A stretch of 63,953 nt of DNA, counting the filler, from Conidiobolus incongruus B7586 (lineage: Eukaryota), in assembly GCA_000697335.1 (NCBI GenBank). It is 11 parts of 11 records of this genome, joined end to end, with 100 filler letters (N's around TTAATTAATTAA, not from the genome) between each part and the next. Parts side by side here need not be neighbours in the genome. Positions count along the whole stretch, not along the records: positions 39,792 to 50,124 come from JNEM01007292.1; positions 50,225 to 53,211 come from JNEM01007296.1; positions 53,312 to 56,149 come from JNEM01007301.1; 8 more parts are not named here. One strand, given 5' to 3'. Position numbers and translations under genes: made by a program. Shown here piece by piece: positions 40,801 through 54,374 of this stretch. A model generated the notes under the pieces. It worked only from the letters and a program-made list of their open reading frames with translations. It had not been told where the DNA came from and did not search any database. Every line of letters begins with the position of its first letter. Position 1 is the first letter of the stretch.

Positions 40801-43800
40801 ACCTCAATAAACGTGCAAGTGATTTTTTGATCGGGTTTCAATTGGTGTAACCTTATTGATAATCATCAATCAAAAATCTCTTTAAGTAAAATTCAATCTT
40901 GATCAATTGATAATTGATGATTTCATTATAAAATGATATCATGATTTTTGGGTTACATATATTGAGACTATCACATAATAATATCTTGTTGAATACCATT
41001 CTTGATTATTATGGGTCATTCAAAAACAATTGATTTGACTAGATTAATGTAATGTTACAAAATCATTCACCAATATCTAATAATATCCAAATAAACATAA
41101 ATCCCAGTTTTGATGTAAAGTGATATCGATTCCGTAATATTCCTTTGTTCAAAAAAATTTATTCGCCTTGTTTCAAGCCAATTGAAAAAATCTCATTAAA
41201 TTATCAAATACAATCGTCACATTATATTCAACAATTTGTCCTGAATAGTTCCATATTCAATCTGAATCATACCACATCTATCAAATCTCAAAAGAATGAT
41301 AAATCCAAATCCATATTCTTGGGAAAATATTTAAATCGATAATAAAATAATAAATTTTGATAATTCTTGAAATTATTAAAATTTTAATTTAATTAATTAA
41401 GAATATAATAATCATTAGATCTTTCTTAATAGCCATTTGTCTTAATGATTTTGTAATAACAGAATTATTAAAAGTTGTTAATAAGTTATATAATTTAATA
41501 TTATTTTAAATTGGCTTATTAAATAATTAATTTATAAATCAATACTATCAATTTAAAATTTTATAAATTTTAACCGATTGATTAACATAGAGAGAAAAAA
41601 TTGTTTGATAATGATCAAAAAGCCCTACTGCCAAATTCCCAGCAATATTAACCAAGTGGCAATCTTAAAGTTCTTTATGAAAGTTCATCTATAAAAAAGT
41701 ATGAGAAATCAGATTATAACAATTGTGACTTATCTCAATTTAGATAAATTCAATTTTGATTTCTATCTACATCTCTCCAAAATTTCTCATATTACCTAAT
41801 AGTGAGAATTTCAACTATCAACTATAGTTATTTTTTTGTTGATATTAGAATTGATAATGATGAGATATAAATAACTCACATAGATGAATTTAGCCTTAAT
41901 TTGATAAGTAGAATTATAACTTAATTTGACTACTATATTTATATTAAATGAATTATTATCAAAAGATAATAAATTATGAACTTAAATTAATCTGATTTAT
42001 TATTGAGATTGAATAATAATTTTGTAATCAGTTGGAATTAATAATAAAAATTTCCTTGACTAATTTTATCGATTTACAATAATCTTAAAGATGCTATAAT
42101 TATATAATTAAAAAACCTAAATCACTAAAAAATAGCGTTATTTTTTTATTAAAGCTTAACGGATAAATGTTATAGTAAAGATCATGATATTATTAACAAT
42201 TAAAATATATTTTGAATAATGTGATAGAAAAAAAAGTCATGATAAAAGAATAATAATATTAATGATGTTAATGCCGAATTAATTTATGACTTGAATAAAG
42301 TCATGCAAAATATAAAGTATTCAATCAGATGATATTAAATGGATTAAAACAGAATGTTACCAAATTAGGTATAATTCAAACAATCAAAAAAATTTTAGTC
42401 AATCCCTTTTTTAGACCTTCAAACCTGATTGGTCAAGAGTTTGAGATACAATAAATTCATAATAATGGATTGGAATTGAGTCATTTAATGGTGAAATTGG
42501 GTTATTGAAATGGTTTCAATAGTTATCAGTATGGTGTAAGTGATATGATATTGGTGTAAAATGGTTAATAATAAGTAATTATCAATCATTAAACGTATCG
42601 CGCAACATGAATTGGTTAATTGGTTGATAAGAATTGATTTAAGTTGTGTAGGACAAATAAAAAGAAAGGTTAATCAAATTTTTATATTCAATTAAATTGG
42701 GTAAAATTGGGTTTGAATATTATAATATAATTCCAAAATATCCCACACGCTATCAATTCATCTGTAGTTGTCAAAACTCTATAACCTATACCATATTAAT
42801 TTTTCTTAGTTTGAGAACTTTTTTGAAATATAAAATACTAGATTAAATAGATATTTATCAAAAAATGTTTATAATTATAATATAATACAACATATCACAG
42901 TCATTTTTGTAAAATTAATTAAATTGATTCAATTTAATATTTGAATTTTAAGGCTCCGAAAATTTCCGATCAAGTTCATTTTTTAATAATCACTTTTTTA
43001 TATTTATTTTTATTTTTATTTTATTTAGAAATGAAAGAATTATCGATCTTAATAAAAATAATTAATTATGATTATTAAAAAAAAGAAATTTTATATTTTA
43101 AATAATAATTTTTTTTATTCATAATTCAAATTCCTAAAGTCAGATTACAAATAGAGGAATCTTTTCTTATAATTTCACATTATTAATTTAGTAATATATT
43201 TTTGATAAAATAGACCAAATTATCATCTGATATTCGTGATTCTATTTTTATTAGTTAGAGATAAATTGATAAGGAAACTAAGAAGAGATTTTATGATTTT
43301 ATATGGAATTGGGAAAATCATCCTATTTTTGGATGCAATGAGTTCAGTTTACATTGAAATTCATCTGATAATTGAGTCATACCATTTTTATCAGTTGCTA
43401 TTTTTTGGCTGATATCGTTCGCTTATGTTAAATTATAGATAATTATTAAGAATATAGATAGGCGAAAAGTGCATTGTATTAAATAACATTATCTCATATT
43501 ATATTATCAACTCAAGTACTTTTGATATTGAATTGCTATTGAAGACTTTAATTTAAAATCATTATTCAAAATTGGTAAGTCCTTCATTTTACCTTATAAG
43601 GTAAAATGATAAACTGACATACAAATTAACGATAGGTAAGGATGATCTAAGCTCTAAGGTAGAATTTTTACTGATTAAAACTCTGATAAGAGAGTTTGAT
43701 TTGTTTTGGAAATTCGAGTTAATGATAATTGGAAAGAGGAAATCATGTGGAAATTAAATAAAATTCCAATCAGTTCAAAGTTATAGTGGAGTGTGATTGG

Positions 43801-44117
43801 TTTAAGATGATATCAGAATTGATTATTATCAAATTGGTGAGAATTCATGTTGAGAATTTATATTAATTGAATGTGGTACAATAAAGAGCTTTATCAGCTT
43901 TAAAATAATGTTTATCGATAATAATGATAACAAATTGGGTTTAATTGTTTGATTTCGATTAAATTTTGTGAGTATATAAATCGTCCTCATTTCTCTATTC
44001 ATGTTCATTCAATTCATTATTTGACTTTCTCTTCTCCCTACTCCTTTTGTGTCTACTTGTATTTATATATTTATATATTTATAATTTATTTAAATCACTC
44101 ACTCACTCACATTCAAA

Positions 44118-44537
44118 ATGCCCAGTACTCACAACACTGACTCCATTAAAACTCGTTTCTACAACCCTCACTTTACCAGAAGTCGCACTAGACTCACTGA
44201 ATACCAAACTGCTTTACTTGAGCAAATGTATTTGACCACTAACAATCCTCAATTATCCACTAGAAAGCAACTTTCACAACAACTTGGAATGTCTCCTAGA
44301 ACTATCCAAGTCTGGTTTCAAAACCGTCGTGCTAAGGAAAGATCCATACAATCTGCCATGCATTCTTCAGTATCATCCACCTCATCCTCAGCATGCTCCT
44401 CTGCACTTCACTCTGAGGACAATTCATATGATTTGCCCTCCAGCGATTCCAACGGCACCCAACGCGTCTCAGAATTCTGGAAGACCACCATGTCAATCAT
44501 TCGCTATTTGCCAGAGTCCAGACCCTCATCTCCTTAA
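44118..44537 (+). CDS. Small homeodomain transcription factor (139 aa, intronless)
   Basis: RSRTRLTEYQTALLE..RKQLSQQLGMSPRTIQVWFQNRRAKER followed by a Ser-rich tail. TATATAAA at 43973-43980. Confidence 0.95.
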   Translation: MPSTHNTDSIKTRFYNPHFTRSRTRLTEYQTALLEQMYLTTNNPQLSTRKQLSQQLGMSPRTIQVWFQNRRAKERSIQSAMHSSVSSTSSSACSSALHSEDNSYDLPSSDSNGTQRVSEFWKTTMSIIRYLPESRPSSP

Positions 44538-46431
44538 TTAATTTATTTTTCTACCTTATCCTTCCCAACTTGTACTTTTATAATGCAATATCTCTCAAGA
44601 TACTCGAGATATTCATACTAACGAATGGTTAAAATATCAAATATAAACAGGTTCAAAAACACTGAAAACTACTGGCAAACGAACTCGGGGAGTTCTAAAC
44701 TTCGAAATTTAACGCCCTCCATAACCTACCTAATTCCATATGTATTATGTCTGTATATTTAATTATTACTTAAAGGATTCCCTAATTTAATCCCAAAAAA
44801 TAAAATTAATTTAATAACTATCTAAAAATGTACAGTGTATATATTATATTTATTTTTATTACAAATTAATTAATAATATAATTATAATATATAATATCTT
44901 AATATATTTAATTAATTTAGATTATCCTGCTTATATTAATTTTCTTTTATAAAAAAAAATAATAATAAAATTAATTTATCAAACTTAATTCATTATATTA
45001 AACTTCCCGTAAAATTCCTCCAAATTTGAATTAATTTTGACCTAATTTAGGCAAATTATTCAATTTTATTTAATATGATATTCTTTGGTTCTAGTTGATT
45101 TCTAAATTGAGAGGTAATTACCTTTTGTGGATTTTGATAAGATAAGAGTAGTTGAGATCGTCATTAATAATTTAGAGGTCTGAATAACTAGTCATTCTTA
45201 ATATATATATATATATATATATATTTGTTTCAAAATTTTAAATTAATAAAATTCACTAATCATTATTTTAAACAATAAAATAATTTTATAGTATAAATAT
45301 GGCGTAATTATTAACATAATTACTTATTATTTTTTTTAATGTTATTCACCTAAATATTTAGATTATTATCGGAGTTATAGAAATTATTAAATTTATATCC
45401 GAATTTAATAATTATTATTAATTATTAATTATTTAAAATTTTATTAAGGTTTAAATTTTAGAAAAAGTACTTTGATTTTAAATATATATATATATATTAA
45501 GCTGATTATTCAACCCTTAAAATTTAATATAAATTTTTTCAAGTATTAATTTTTTTTAATTGATATATAATATTTTCATTCATAAAAAGTAATAATAAAA
45601 TCAAAATTCATTATTAATTTTTCAATTTGGTATTATATTTATATACTAATTAATTTAAAAATTGAATAAAATTATAATTTATAATTATTAGGCACAGTAT
45701 ATAATATATATTAATATTTATAGCATTTTTAATATATTGCTTAAGATTAATACAGTAATGCTTGGTACATATAAGTCAAAAATATTTTTAAATGAAAATC
45801 TTTTTCTATTTTTTATTTGATTTTGATAATGATATTTATAATATGAATATAATTTAAATTGTTTATTTGGGATATTTCTATTATTATTATTATTATTAAT
45901 CTTAATTTCTTGGTTTAAATAATAATAGAAATAGTACAATTATCAATATCTAAATACCTTTAACCATACGAGGATATCATTACCAATGGTGAAAGATCCT
46001 AGACAACTTTACCTATTGAACTAAAGTAATATCATAAAATCCACTTATAATGACATCACTAACAATAACTTGCAGATTTTGTAACGTAGCTATTGATAAA
46101 GGCCATATATCAGAGTGATCAATCCAAAGGTATTTTTAAAAACTTTTAGATAAATCATTATCTCTCAAGTAGTTTTCATATAATACTGATTCTAATTTTT
46201 TTTCATAAATATCAAAAATAATCATTTAAGTAATTTAATTTAGAAAATTTAGAAAATTTTATATTCACAAAATAAATAATATCTTAATTTTTAAAATATT
46301 CAATATAATTAGATATTATACAATATTAAATAATATATAGTGACTATTGTATTAAAATATAATATAATTATCAAATATTACGATAATCAACTATGAACCA
46401 ATATATTAAAATCATTAACTATCAAAATCAT

Positions 46432-47330
46432 ATGAAATTTTTAACTCAATCTAATTTAGATATTTGAAATATTATTTTAAAATAATAGTTAAGGGATTAC
46501 AGATAAGTACAAGATTGCGAGTTGTACTAGAATTATTGCAGGAATTTAGAGATATTTTATAACAAATATTGATTTATGCCATACCTTATTACCATTTAGA
46601 TTATTTCTTTCCTTTATTGAGTTGGAGTTGACTAAGTTTAAGATATTTTTTAGCGGAATTAAAAATTAATTTGAGCCGATTAATAGATAAGAGTTATAAT
46701 GTAATAATAGATATAAACCATCAATTGTATCTATTTTTGAATATTTAACTTTGATAACAAAATATTATTAGTTTTTTTTTCAAATGTGCAAACTTTAACA
46801 AATCTTTTGTACAATTTGTTTAACTATTTAAAATCTTACTAAATCTGATACTCATCAAAATTAACAATCATTATTGAAACGATAGTTTTAATAACTATTT
46901 AAACCACAAAAGTTTATTTTAATCAGATATTCCGCCTAGTACTATGTTAAAGAGCATAAAGTTAGTATTGATCATCAACAATCTAATCAAATTTGGCTGT
47001 ATTCAAAGTGATTATAAGAGAAGCATTCATTGGCCAAAATTATCAATTTAATGAACATATTCAATAAAATTTATTAAATGGCATAATAAATGAATCAACT
47101 ATTGAGTAATACATCGCAGCAATAACAAAATTCTTAAATTTTTATCAAAAAACGTGTATCTTTGTTAAAATCGGGATTCTATCAATACAGTTATCAGTAA
47201 TCTTATAGGATCATCGATATCTTTAAAACTATTTCTATACAGATAAATAATGATGTAATATACTTAGCACATTGAATAATCACTTAATCAGATTAATATT
47301 AATAATACATAATTATTTTTTACATAGTTT
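46432..47330 (+). pseudogene. Decayed F-box/LRR-like gene
   Basis: Begins MKFLTQSNLDI*NIILK.. then RLRVV after a frameshift (F-box-like). Broken by stops and frameshifts. Confidence 0.35.
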
Positions 47331-50229
47331 ATCTAAGTTATATATCTATTCAAAGAAAATAAAAATAATTAAAAAATTCATTTAACAACGGATATTCATT
47401 GATAATTTACTTTAGATAATATTGATTAAATTTTAAAGTTAAAATATTATTTAAATTATTGATGATATTTTGATATAATAAAATTTGATCAGATTAATTT
47501 TATTGATATTTTCGATTTATATAATATTTTTATATTAAATATTCTAATTATATATAATTTTTAATATTATTCCTTTTAATTAAATATATTATAGTGCAAT
47601 TTCATTAATAATAACTCAAGTATGATATTAATCCAATATAATTGATAAAATTCAATGTTCTTGTAAATTATATCAAAAATAGTCAAAAACCAATATATAT
47701 ATATATATATATATGCATATTGATTGGTAAAAAAATCAAAAAATATATCTCACATTTGTCAATAATAATAGATTTAATTCCTATCAATTCAAGTAAACCT
47801 TTTTACACTCAATTTTAAATCTTTATCAAATCTATGAATTCAGAGATTTTGAAAACTGAAAAATATAAAATTGATAACTCTTAATCACAATTGGATAATA
47901 TGGGAATTATATTCAAATCCATTGACATTATGAATTGAATTAATCTAAAAGAAGGTAAAATGCAATTCCATAATCTGATTTCTCATACCATTAGATACAT
48001 TCTCAATGGGAACATATATTGGATACTTGGTTACTTTGTTGGTTATTTGGTGTTATGAACTTGAGATTGTTATCAAATGCTTGGTAGCTATTCAATATTA
48101 AGAGATTATTGTTTGATAAATATATATTAAATAAATAAGACTCTTTAACTTACCGATTTAATAAATTATCTAAGTTTGCTTTTAATATATTATCAGTTAA
48201 TAAAGTATTATTAATACCTCAATCAATTGATTAATAGGAATCTAATGGTTTATATTGGAAATTAATTAAATTGAAATTTCAATAAATTCAAGTTATATTT
48301 AAATTAAATATCTCAACAATTGTAAAATATCAACCAAATCTATATTATTTAAGAATTATGATATGTATTAGAACTGATATTTCTAGATAAATTGAAAAAT
48401 AGTTGCTAGATATTATATAATATATATTAAAAAGCTAATAATTGATAGTTAAATGTTTTTGTGAATTGAGACTTTTAAAGATGCTAATTGGACTTTAGAA
48501 AATACATTCAAACAACTGTATCTAGATATATTCTCCCATTTAGTATTTAGCCAATTAAATTCTCCGTATTCCAAATGTGCTTTTTATGATCCATTTTCTA
48601 CAATCTTAAATAATCAAACTGATATTTTTTGATAACTCTCTTGAATGATAAATATTTTTACTCAAATACCCTTGAAAAAAAATGATGAAATCATCAATTT
48701 TCAACTTATCAAGTCTGAATTTTACTTTATAAAGTGATAATTAACTGATCATTATCAATAAGGTTACACAAATAGAAACACGATCAAAAAATCCCTTATA
48801 CATATATTCACTGGAGTTAAATTCCGAACTCTTTGGACCCTTGATTCTAATTTAGATTTTTAAGTATAAAAAATTAATGATAATTTTAATTTGATTAATT
48901 AAATATTTTATTTAGATGTTTATAAGCTTAAAATTGAATATATATTAGTTTATATTATCTGATATGTTAGTTATCAAGTACTATTTGGGTCATATAATAC
49001 AAAGACTTTGACAAATTCAATTAATTTGATATCATCTTAAACCCCGATAAATTTAATTTTTTGACTCAACAATTGATAATCCATCTTTTAAATATAAAAA
49101 AAAATAACAAAATTTAAATCAAATAAATTCACATAGGAGTTTGATTTCAATTACTTGATAAGATAAAGAGATATTTCATTTAATACAATCCTTTTACTTA
49201 TCTCAATTTTAATATTAGAGAATTTAACAATCTAATAATATTTACAATATTATATTTGAATATTTAATAAGTATTTATCAATTATTATCAATAAAATATT
49301 TTTTTATATTATAAATTAATTTGATAAGGTTATCATAAAAGTTATGAATCAGATATCTAAAATTCACGTTTTTTTTCAAATAGTTATAAAAAAACTATTA
49401 GCATTATGAATATTTAAATTCAATATCAATAACTTGAAATTTTAACAAACTTTATTATTTATGAAATAATAATTATTAATAATTAGGTTAATATAAAAAA
49501 ATTTTTTTAATTATATTAAACTATTATTCAAATTATCTGAATATAAAATCATAAAAATAATTTTTAATATATTTAATTCTCTTTTTTGGTTATATATAAT
49601 TTTGAAAGGGATAATTTAGCCCCTTGTCCCAAGAACTGGTGATATTCTAAAAAATCCACTTTATAAGCTACAGTTTAGTGAGTTTGTAATATTTAAACCA
49701 TCTGACTTTCCTAAATAAACCTCCTCCTCTACTTCTATTAACTTTAACTTTACTCTTTCTTTATCTTTTACTTATCTTTTTGGCTTTTTTGCTTAATATT
49801 TCTTATTTTTTTACAGGGTTCCTCCCAATGGGGCAAGTTTAAATCCCAATAATTTATAAAAATATCTAAATTAAATAAATTAAAAAGTTTAAAAAATATA
49901 TCAATCATAGGTTTTGTAAAAATATTAAGTATATATATATATATGATTTATATATTTTATATTATCTTATAAATTATTTTATTAGTTATATAATTTTATT
50001 ATTTAAGTTTACTTATTTATTGGATAATTATTTTCTAATACTAATTAATATTAAATAATTAAGTTATATTTATTTATTAAATATATCAAAATAAAGATTC
50101 AAAATTTATAATTAATTAATAAACNNNNNNNNNNNNNNNNNNNNNNNNNNNNNNNNNNNNNNNNNNNNTTAATTAATTAANNNNNNNNNNNNNNNNNNNN
50201 NNNNNNNNNNNNNNNNNNNNNNNNTATTA

Positions 50230-53100
50230 TATTAACTTATATAAGTGAGTCATAAAATCAAAAATACTTATATTTTTATTAATAGCTTAATTAATATTTA
50301 ATAAAATAAACCCAAATTCAATAATTAAAATTATATATATTTATTAATAATATAAATCAATAAATGATGATTTTTAGTTATTAATTGGTTAAGATATTAA
50401 TCCTTAATTTGTATTTAAAATAAGTTATAAATTTATAAATTTTTGGTGATAAAATAAAAACAAAACTTAGTATATCTATCTTTAGCTTTTTTTACTTTTT
50501 TAAATTTATAGAGTATAAATTCAACTAACTTTTTATATTAAAAAAAGTTAATCTTATTTTATATATCATAGATATATTCTTAAAGCCTTTATTATAGAAT
50601 TAAAAAAATGGGAAATTTTTTAATTTCTGATTTTTTAAATATATTATTAATTTCAAATAAAAAAATATATACAGAATAAATAAAAAAATAAATAGTTTTG
50701 AAATATATATTTATATATATATATAATAATTTTTTGATTAAAAAAAATAACCTTTTAAAATTATTTATTTAATTGAATCATATTCAAACTAAATAGTAAC
50801 TATCAAAAATCTTTTAGTTTAATATTAATAAAACTTAACCATAAACCCTCTAAAGTCATTTAAAATTTACAAATAGCTTTTAGTAATGAAGTATTATCTA
50901 AATCAATAATTTATTGCTAGGTAAAGCACTTTAAGGCTAAAAGAGAAATTATCTAAAACCTGCTAAAATCTAGAAAACCTACTTCAACTATTATTCTTTC
51001 AATTGTTAATATAGTAAAAAAATATATTGAAAAGCATCTATTTATTTCAATAAAAGGATTATCAAGATATTTTAATATTAGTCACATAAGTATTATATAT
51101 ATATTAAAGTTTAAATAAAAAATAATTGATAAAAATATAAAATTGGTATTTTATAATCTAACTAAAATTTAAAAAAAAGCTAAAGTAACTATTATTAAAT
51201 AAAACTTACTAAGGTATAGTTAGAAACCAGGGCTTTTATAGTGAATTATTACAATTAATGGATCCTAGGTTTTTTGTATAATCCTTTACTAAAATATAAA
51301 TCTAGTTTGTAGATTAAGCTAAATCAACCCTTTTTACAAATTTTTTTAAATAAATATCTTATTAATAAGTGAATGTTAATTATTATAATAGATTATAATA
51401 GCATATACTATTCTTATTCAATTCTTAAAGGAAAATCAATTAATAGTTAATTTTATATTTTTTTTAAATAAAACTATTTTAAATTAGTATTTTTAATATA
51501 ATTTAAAAAACCTATTATTTTGCATAATAATTATAAAATATATAAACCTAAGCTATAAAAAATTTTCTAATTAAAAATAACTAAAAAAACTACCATATCT
51601 AATATATTCTTTAGATTATAACTTACATGATTATAATTGTTTTAGATAATAAAAAAACCAACTTATAAGAAAAAAAATTTTTATAAGAAAATTTAATTAA
51701 TTTATGAAATATTAAATTTTAGTCATTAATAAAAAGAATTATTTTTTAGGTGTTAAATCTTTATTAAAAATAAAATAAAAAGTTTTTAGAAATTAAAGAA
51801 ATTATTAATTTTATTATATTTTTATTTTTACTTGTTATATATTAAAATGTTTATTTTTTTTAATTATAAAAAATTCCCATTAGCTAAATTACAAAGTAAT
51901 AATTTAAATTTTTTATTAGGGGAAAGCTTTAATAATTTTTTTACTAATTTTAAAATTATTTAATTAGATTAAAATTAAAAGATTAAAGAAGTTACTTTAT
52001 AACTATTATCTTATTATTTTTAACTTATTTAGTAATAAAAGCTATAATATAATAAAAAGCATTATCTTGTTAAAAAATAATATTAGATTAGTTTAACTTT
52101 TGTTATTTAATAGTTTTTTTGAATATATTATTTAAAATATTTTGATATATTTTAATATTAATTCCTTTATTGACTTTATAAAAATATTTTACATCTAAAG
52201 ACAATATATATCTCTAAATAATAATTAACCTATTATTGTATTTTTAGATAAAATTAACATGATGGTTATAAAATAATTTTATATTTTTTTTTGAAATATC
52301 TGGCTTTTTATTAAATTTATTAAAATTAATTTTTGTTTTATTAAATTAAATAACTTTACTTAAATTAATTTTAATTTAATAATAATGGTGATATTTAAAC
52401 TCCCACCTAACTTTATATTAGGATTTTTTTAGTTAGGGGTGTTTTTTCTTAAAATATAAATGATATTTATGTTAATATAAAACACATATAATAATATTAG
52501 TAATAATTAATATTTTTATATATCCTTATAGTTTTTGTTATATTTTTATAATAATATTATACTTATATTAACCAACTTATAAATATACTTCTTATCATAT
52601 TTATCTATATTCTTAATATATTAAAATTTAAGTTTAAATATATCTTGATTGTTATTTTTAATAGCTTTAACTATAGTAAATTAGTTAACATTAGCAATTT
52701 TAATAATATTACAGATTAATTGATATTCTTTATAAAATTATTTAATATATAAATGAGTTTTTTTAGAGAGAGATTTAAGTATAGTGATATTAATAAAAAA
52801 TGTTTAATATATTTATAAAATATGATATAAAATGATAACAAAATAAAATATGATTATATATTGTTAAATATATCCTTTTATCACAAAAACCCACAAATTT
52901 ACAATTTACTTTAGTTAAATATTAAATGTTAATATATTTACTAATAGTTTACTAAATATAACTAAAAATATTTATTTATTATCAAATAATATATCTTAAT
53001 TATATATTATAGTTTTAGTAATCTAATATATACAATTATTTTAGTTATTAATGAAAATATTTATATTTTTGATTTTATTACTTATTTTTATTGGTTAGTA
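50230..53100 (-). mobile_element. Tc1 copy 3, full length, heavily mutated, split by a mariner insertion
   Basis: TIRs at 50230 and ending 53100 with flanking TA. Tc1 sequence breaks at ..ATTCTTAAAG (50585) and resumes TAATTTAAATT at 51900. Confidence 0.92.
50586..51899 (+). mobile_element. Near full-length mariner (DD34D) transposon (~1.31 kb) nested in Tc1 copy 3
   Basis: Reverse-complement match to 13625-14803. Left end CCTTTATTATAGAATTAAAAAAATGGGAA, right end TTCCCATTAGCTAAATTACAAAGTAA followed by TA. Retains DYNLHDYNCF at ~51614-51643. Confidence 0.9.
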
Positions 53101-53311
53101 TATAAATCCTAAAGAGCTATATTTTAATTATCAAAAAATACTAAGTAATATAATAATTTTAATAATATATAATAATATATTATCATTTTATTTTATTTTT
53201 AACTATAAATTNNNNNNNNNNNNNNNNNNNNNNNNNNNNNNNNNNNNNNNNNNNNTTAATTAATTAANNNNNNNNNNNNNNNNNNNNNNNNNNNNNNNNN
53301 NNNNNNNNNNN

Positions 53312-53595
53312 CTCCTTTCGTTGCCGCCGATAACTATTACTACGACGACGGAGTCATAAATGTGATCCTTAAACTGGCACTCAATGTCGATTTGAAAATT
53401 AGAGCTGATGTAAAGCTCAACTTAGACATCATTAATGGTCACTGCCATCCATACTCGCTTTTTATTGGGTATTATGAATGTGACTTGCCTCTCTTTGGTT
53501 ATGATCCTCTCAGTTTGGCAGATGTTAAAGTCAAAGCCAAAGTTAAAGTTGCAGAGACTATCCAAGCTGATGCCAAGGCTAAAGTCAATTTATAA
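53312..53595 (+). CDS. Small secreted protein, copy A (5' end cut by gap)
   Basis: Identical to 55860-56140 up to the TAA stop at 53593-53595. Confidence 0.85.
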
Positions 53596-54036
53596 TTCAA
53601 TAGAAATATATATTAATAAACATTAGTAATTAAACTTGAGTTTCAACTCACTTTATTCAACATTATTTTTGCAAAATATACAATAATATTCATGAATAAT
53701 TGTTGAAATGATTTTACACTAAAGATCTTTATTCATTACCATAATACAAAAAAACTTGGTTAAACACCCCTTTGTTGAAATAAGCCTGTAAATTTAAATA
53801 ATTTCGATATTTAGTTTTTACTTATTTTAGAGTGTCAATTTTAACAAGTAAATTAGTTCACTAAATCTACTTCATTTCTTCAGATTCTAGATTTATTTGA
53901 TTATTAAATTTTGGCATTAGTTGTTATCGACATTTAGTAACAAATAATGAAAATATTCAGAGAAAGCACTTATATATGCTTTTAATTCAATATATTATCA
54001 TATTTTATATCAAGTACCATTTTTCATCTTTTAATA

Positions 54037-54374
54037 TATTAACACGTCTTGGGAAAGCCCTATCCAGAGTAGTTTAGATAAAAGAGAGATCCGGGGAATT
54101 TCAGGTAAGTTTTAGGAAGGTAGAGGGTTTATTGGTTTAAATCAAGTATCTGAGAGGACCCAGATCGAACTCGCCTTGTTGAAGATTGCTCTAATTCCGG
54201 GTTTTATATTGAATGAGTTAGGTAAGGCGATTCATGAGATTCTTCGGTGACTTGTATCATCGGCTAATTAAGAGATACAGCGGGAGCAGATGGTTTGCAA
54301 GGAGGAAATCACGTTAACATTAGGTTGATGTAAAAATACTTGGGTAGAAGGGAGTCACCTGGTTCGTGAAAATA
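54037..54374 (-). mobile_element. Probable solo LTR or other short insertion (~335 bp)
   Basis: Abrupt GC-rich, CpG-containing block. Imperfect inverted ends TATTAACACG / CGTGAAAATA, flanked by TTAATA on both sides. The minus strand has TATAAAA followed ~70 bp later by AATAAA. Confidence 0.55.

Noticed and set aside
45201..45224. (TA)n microsatellites here and near 10870, 15605, 47695 and 62296
   Set aside because: Expected in DNA this AT-rich; no higher-order structure.
45718..46180. Broken hydrophobic minus-strand frame (possible membrane-protein pseudogene)
   Set aside because: Multiple stops and shifts with no identifiable family.
47834..48800. Coding-like plus-strand stretch
   Set aside because: No sustained frame or diagnostic motif.
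49600..49860. Slightly GC-richer block with a pyrimidine tract, possibly an LTR relic
   Set aside because: No partner copy, termini or TSD identifiable in the window.
54098..54112. Minus-strand ACTTACCTG resembling the U1 snRNA 5' end
   Set aside because: No U1 stem-loop I sequence or recognisable U1 body follows.
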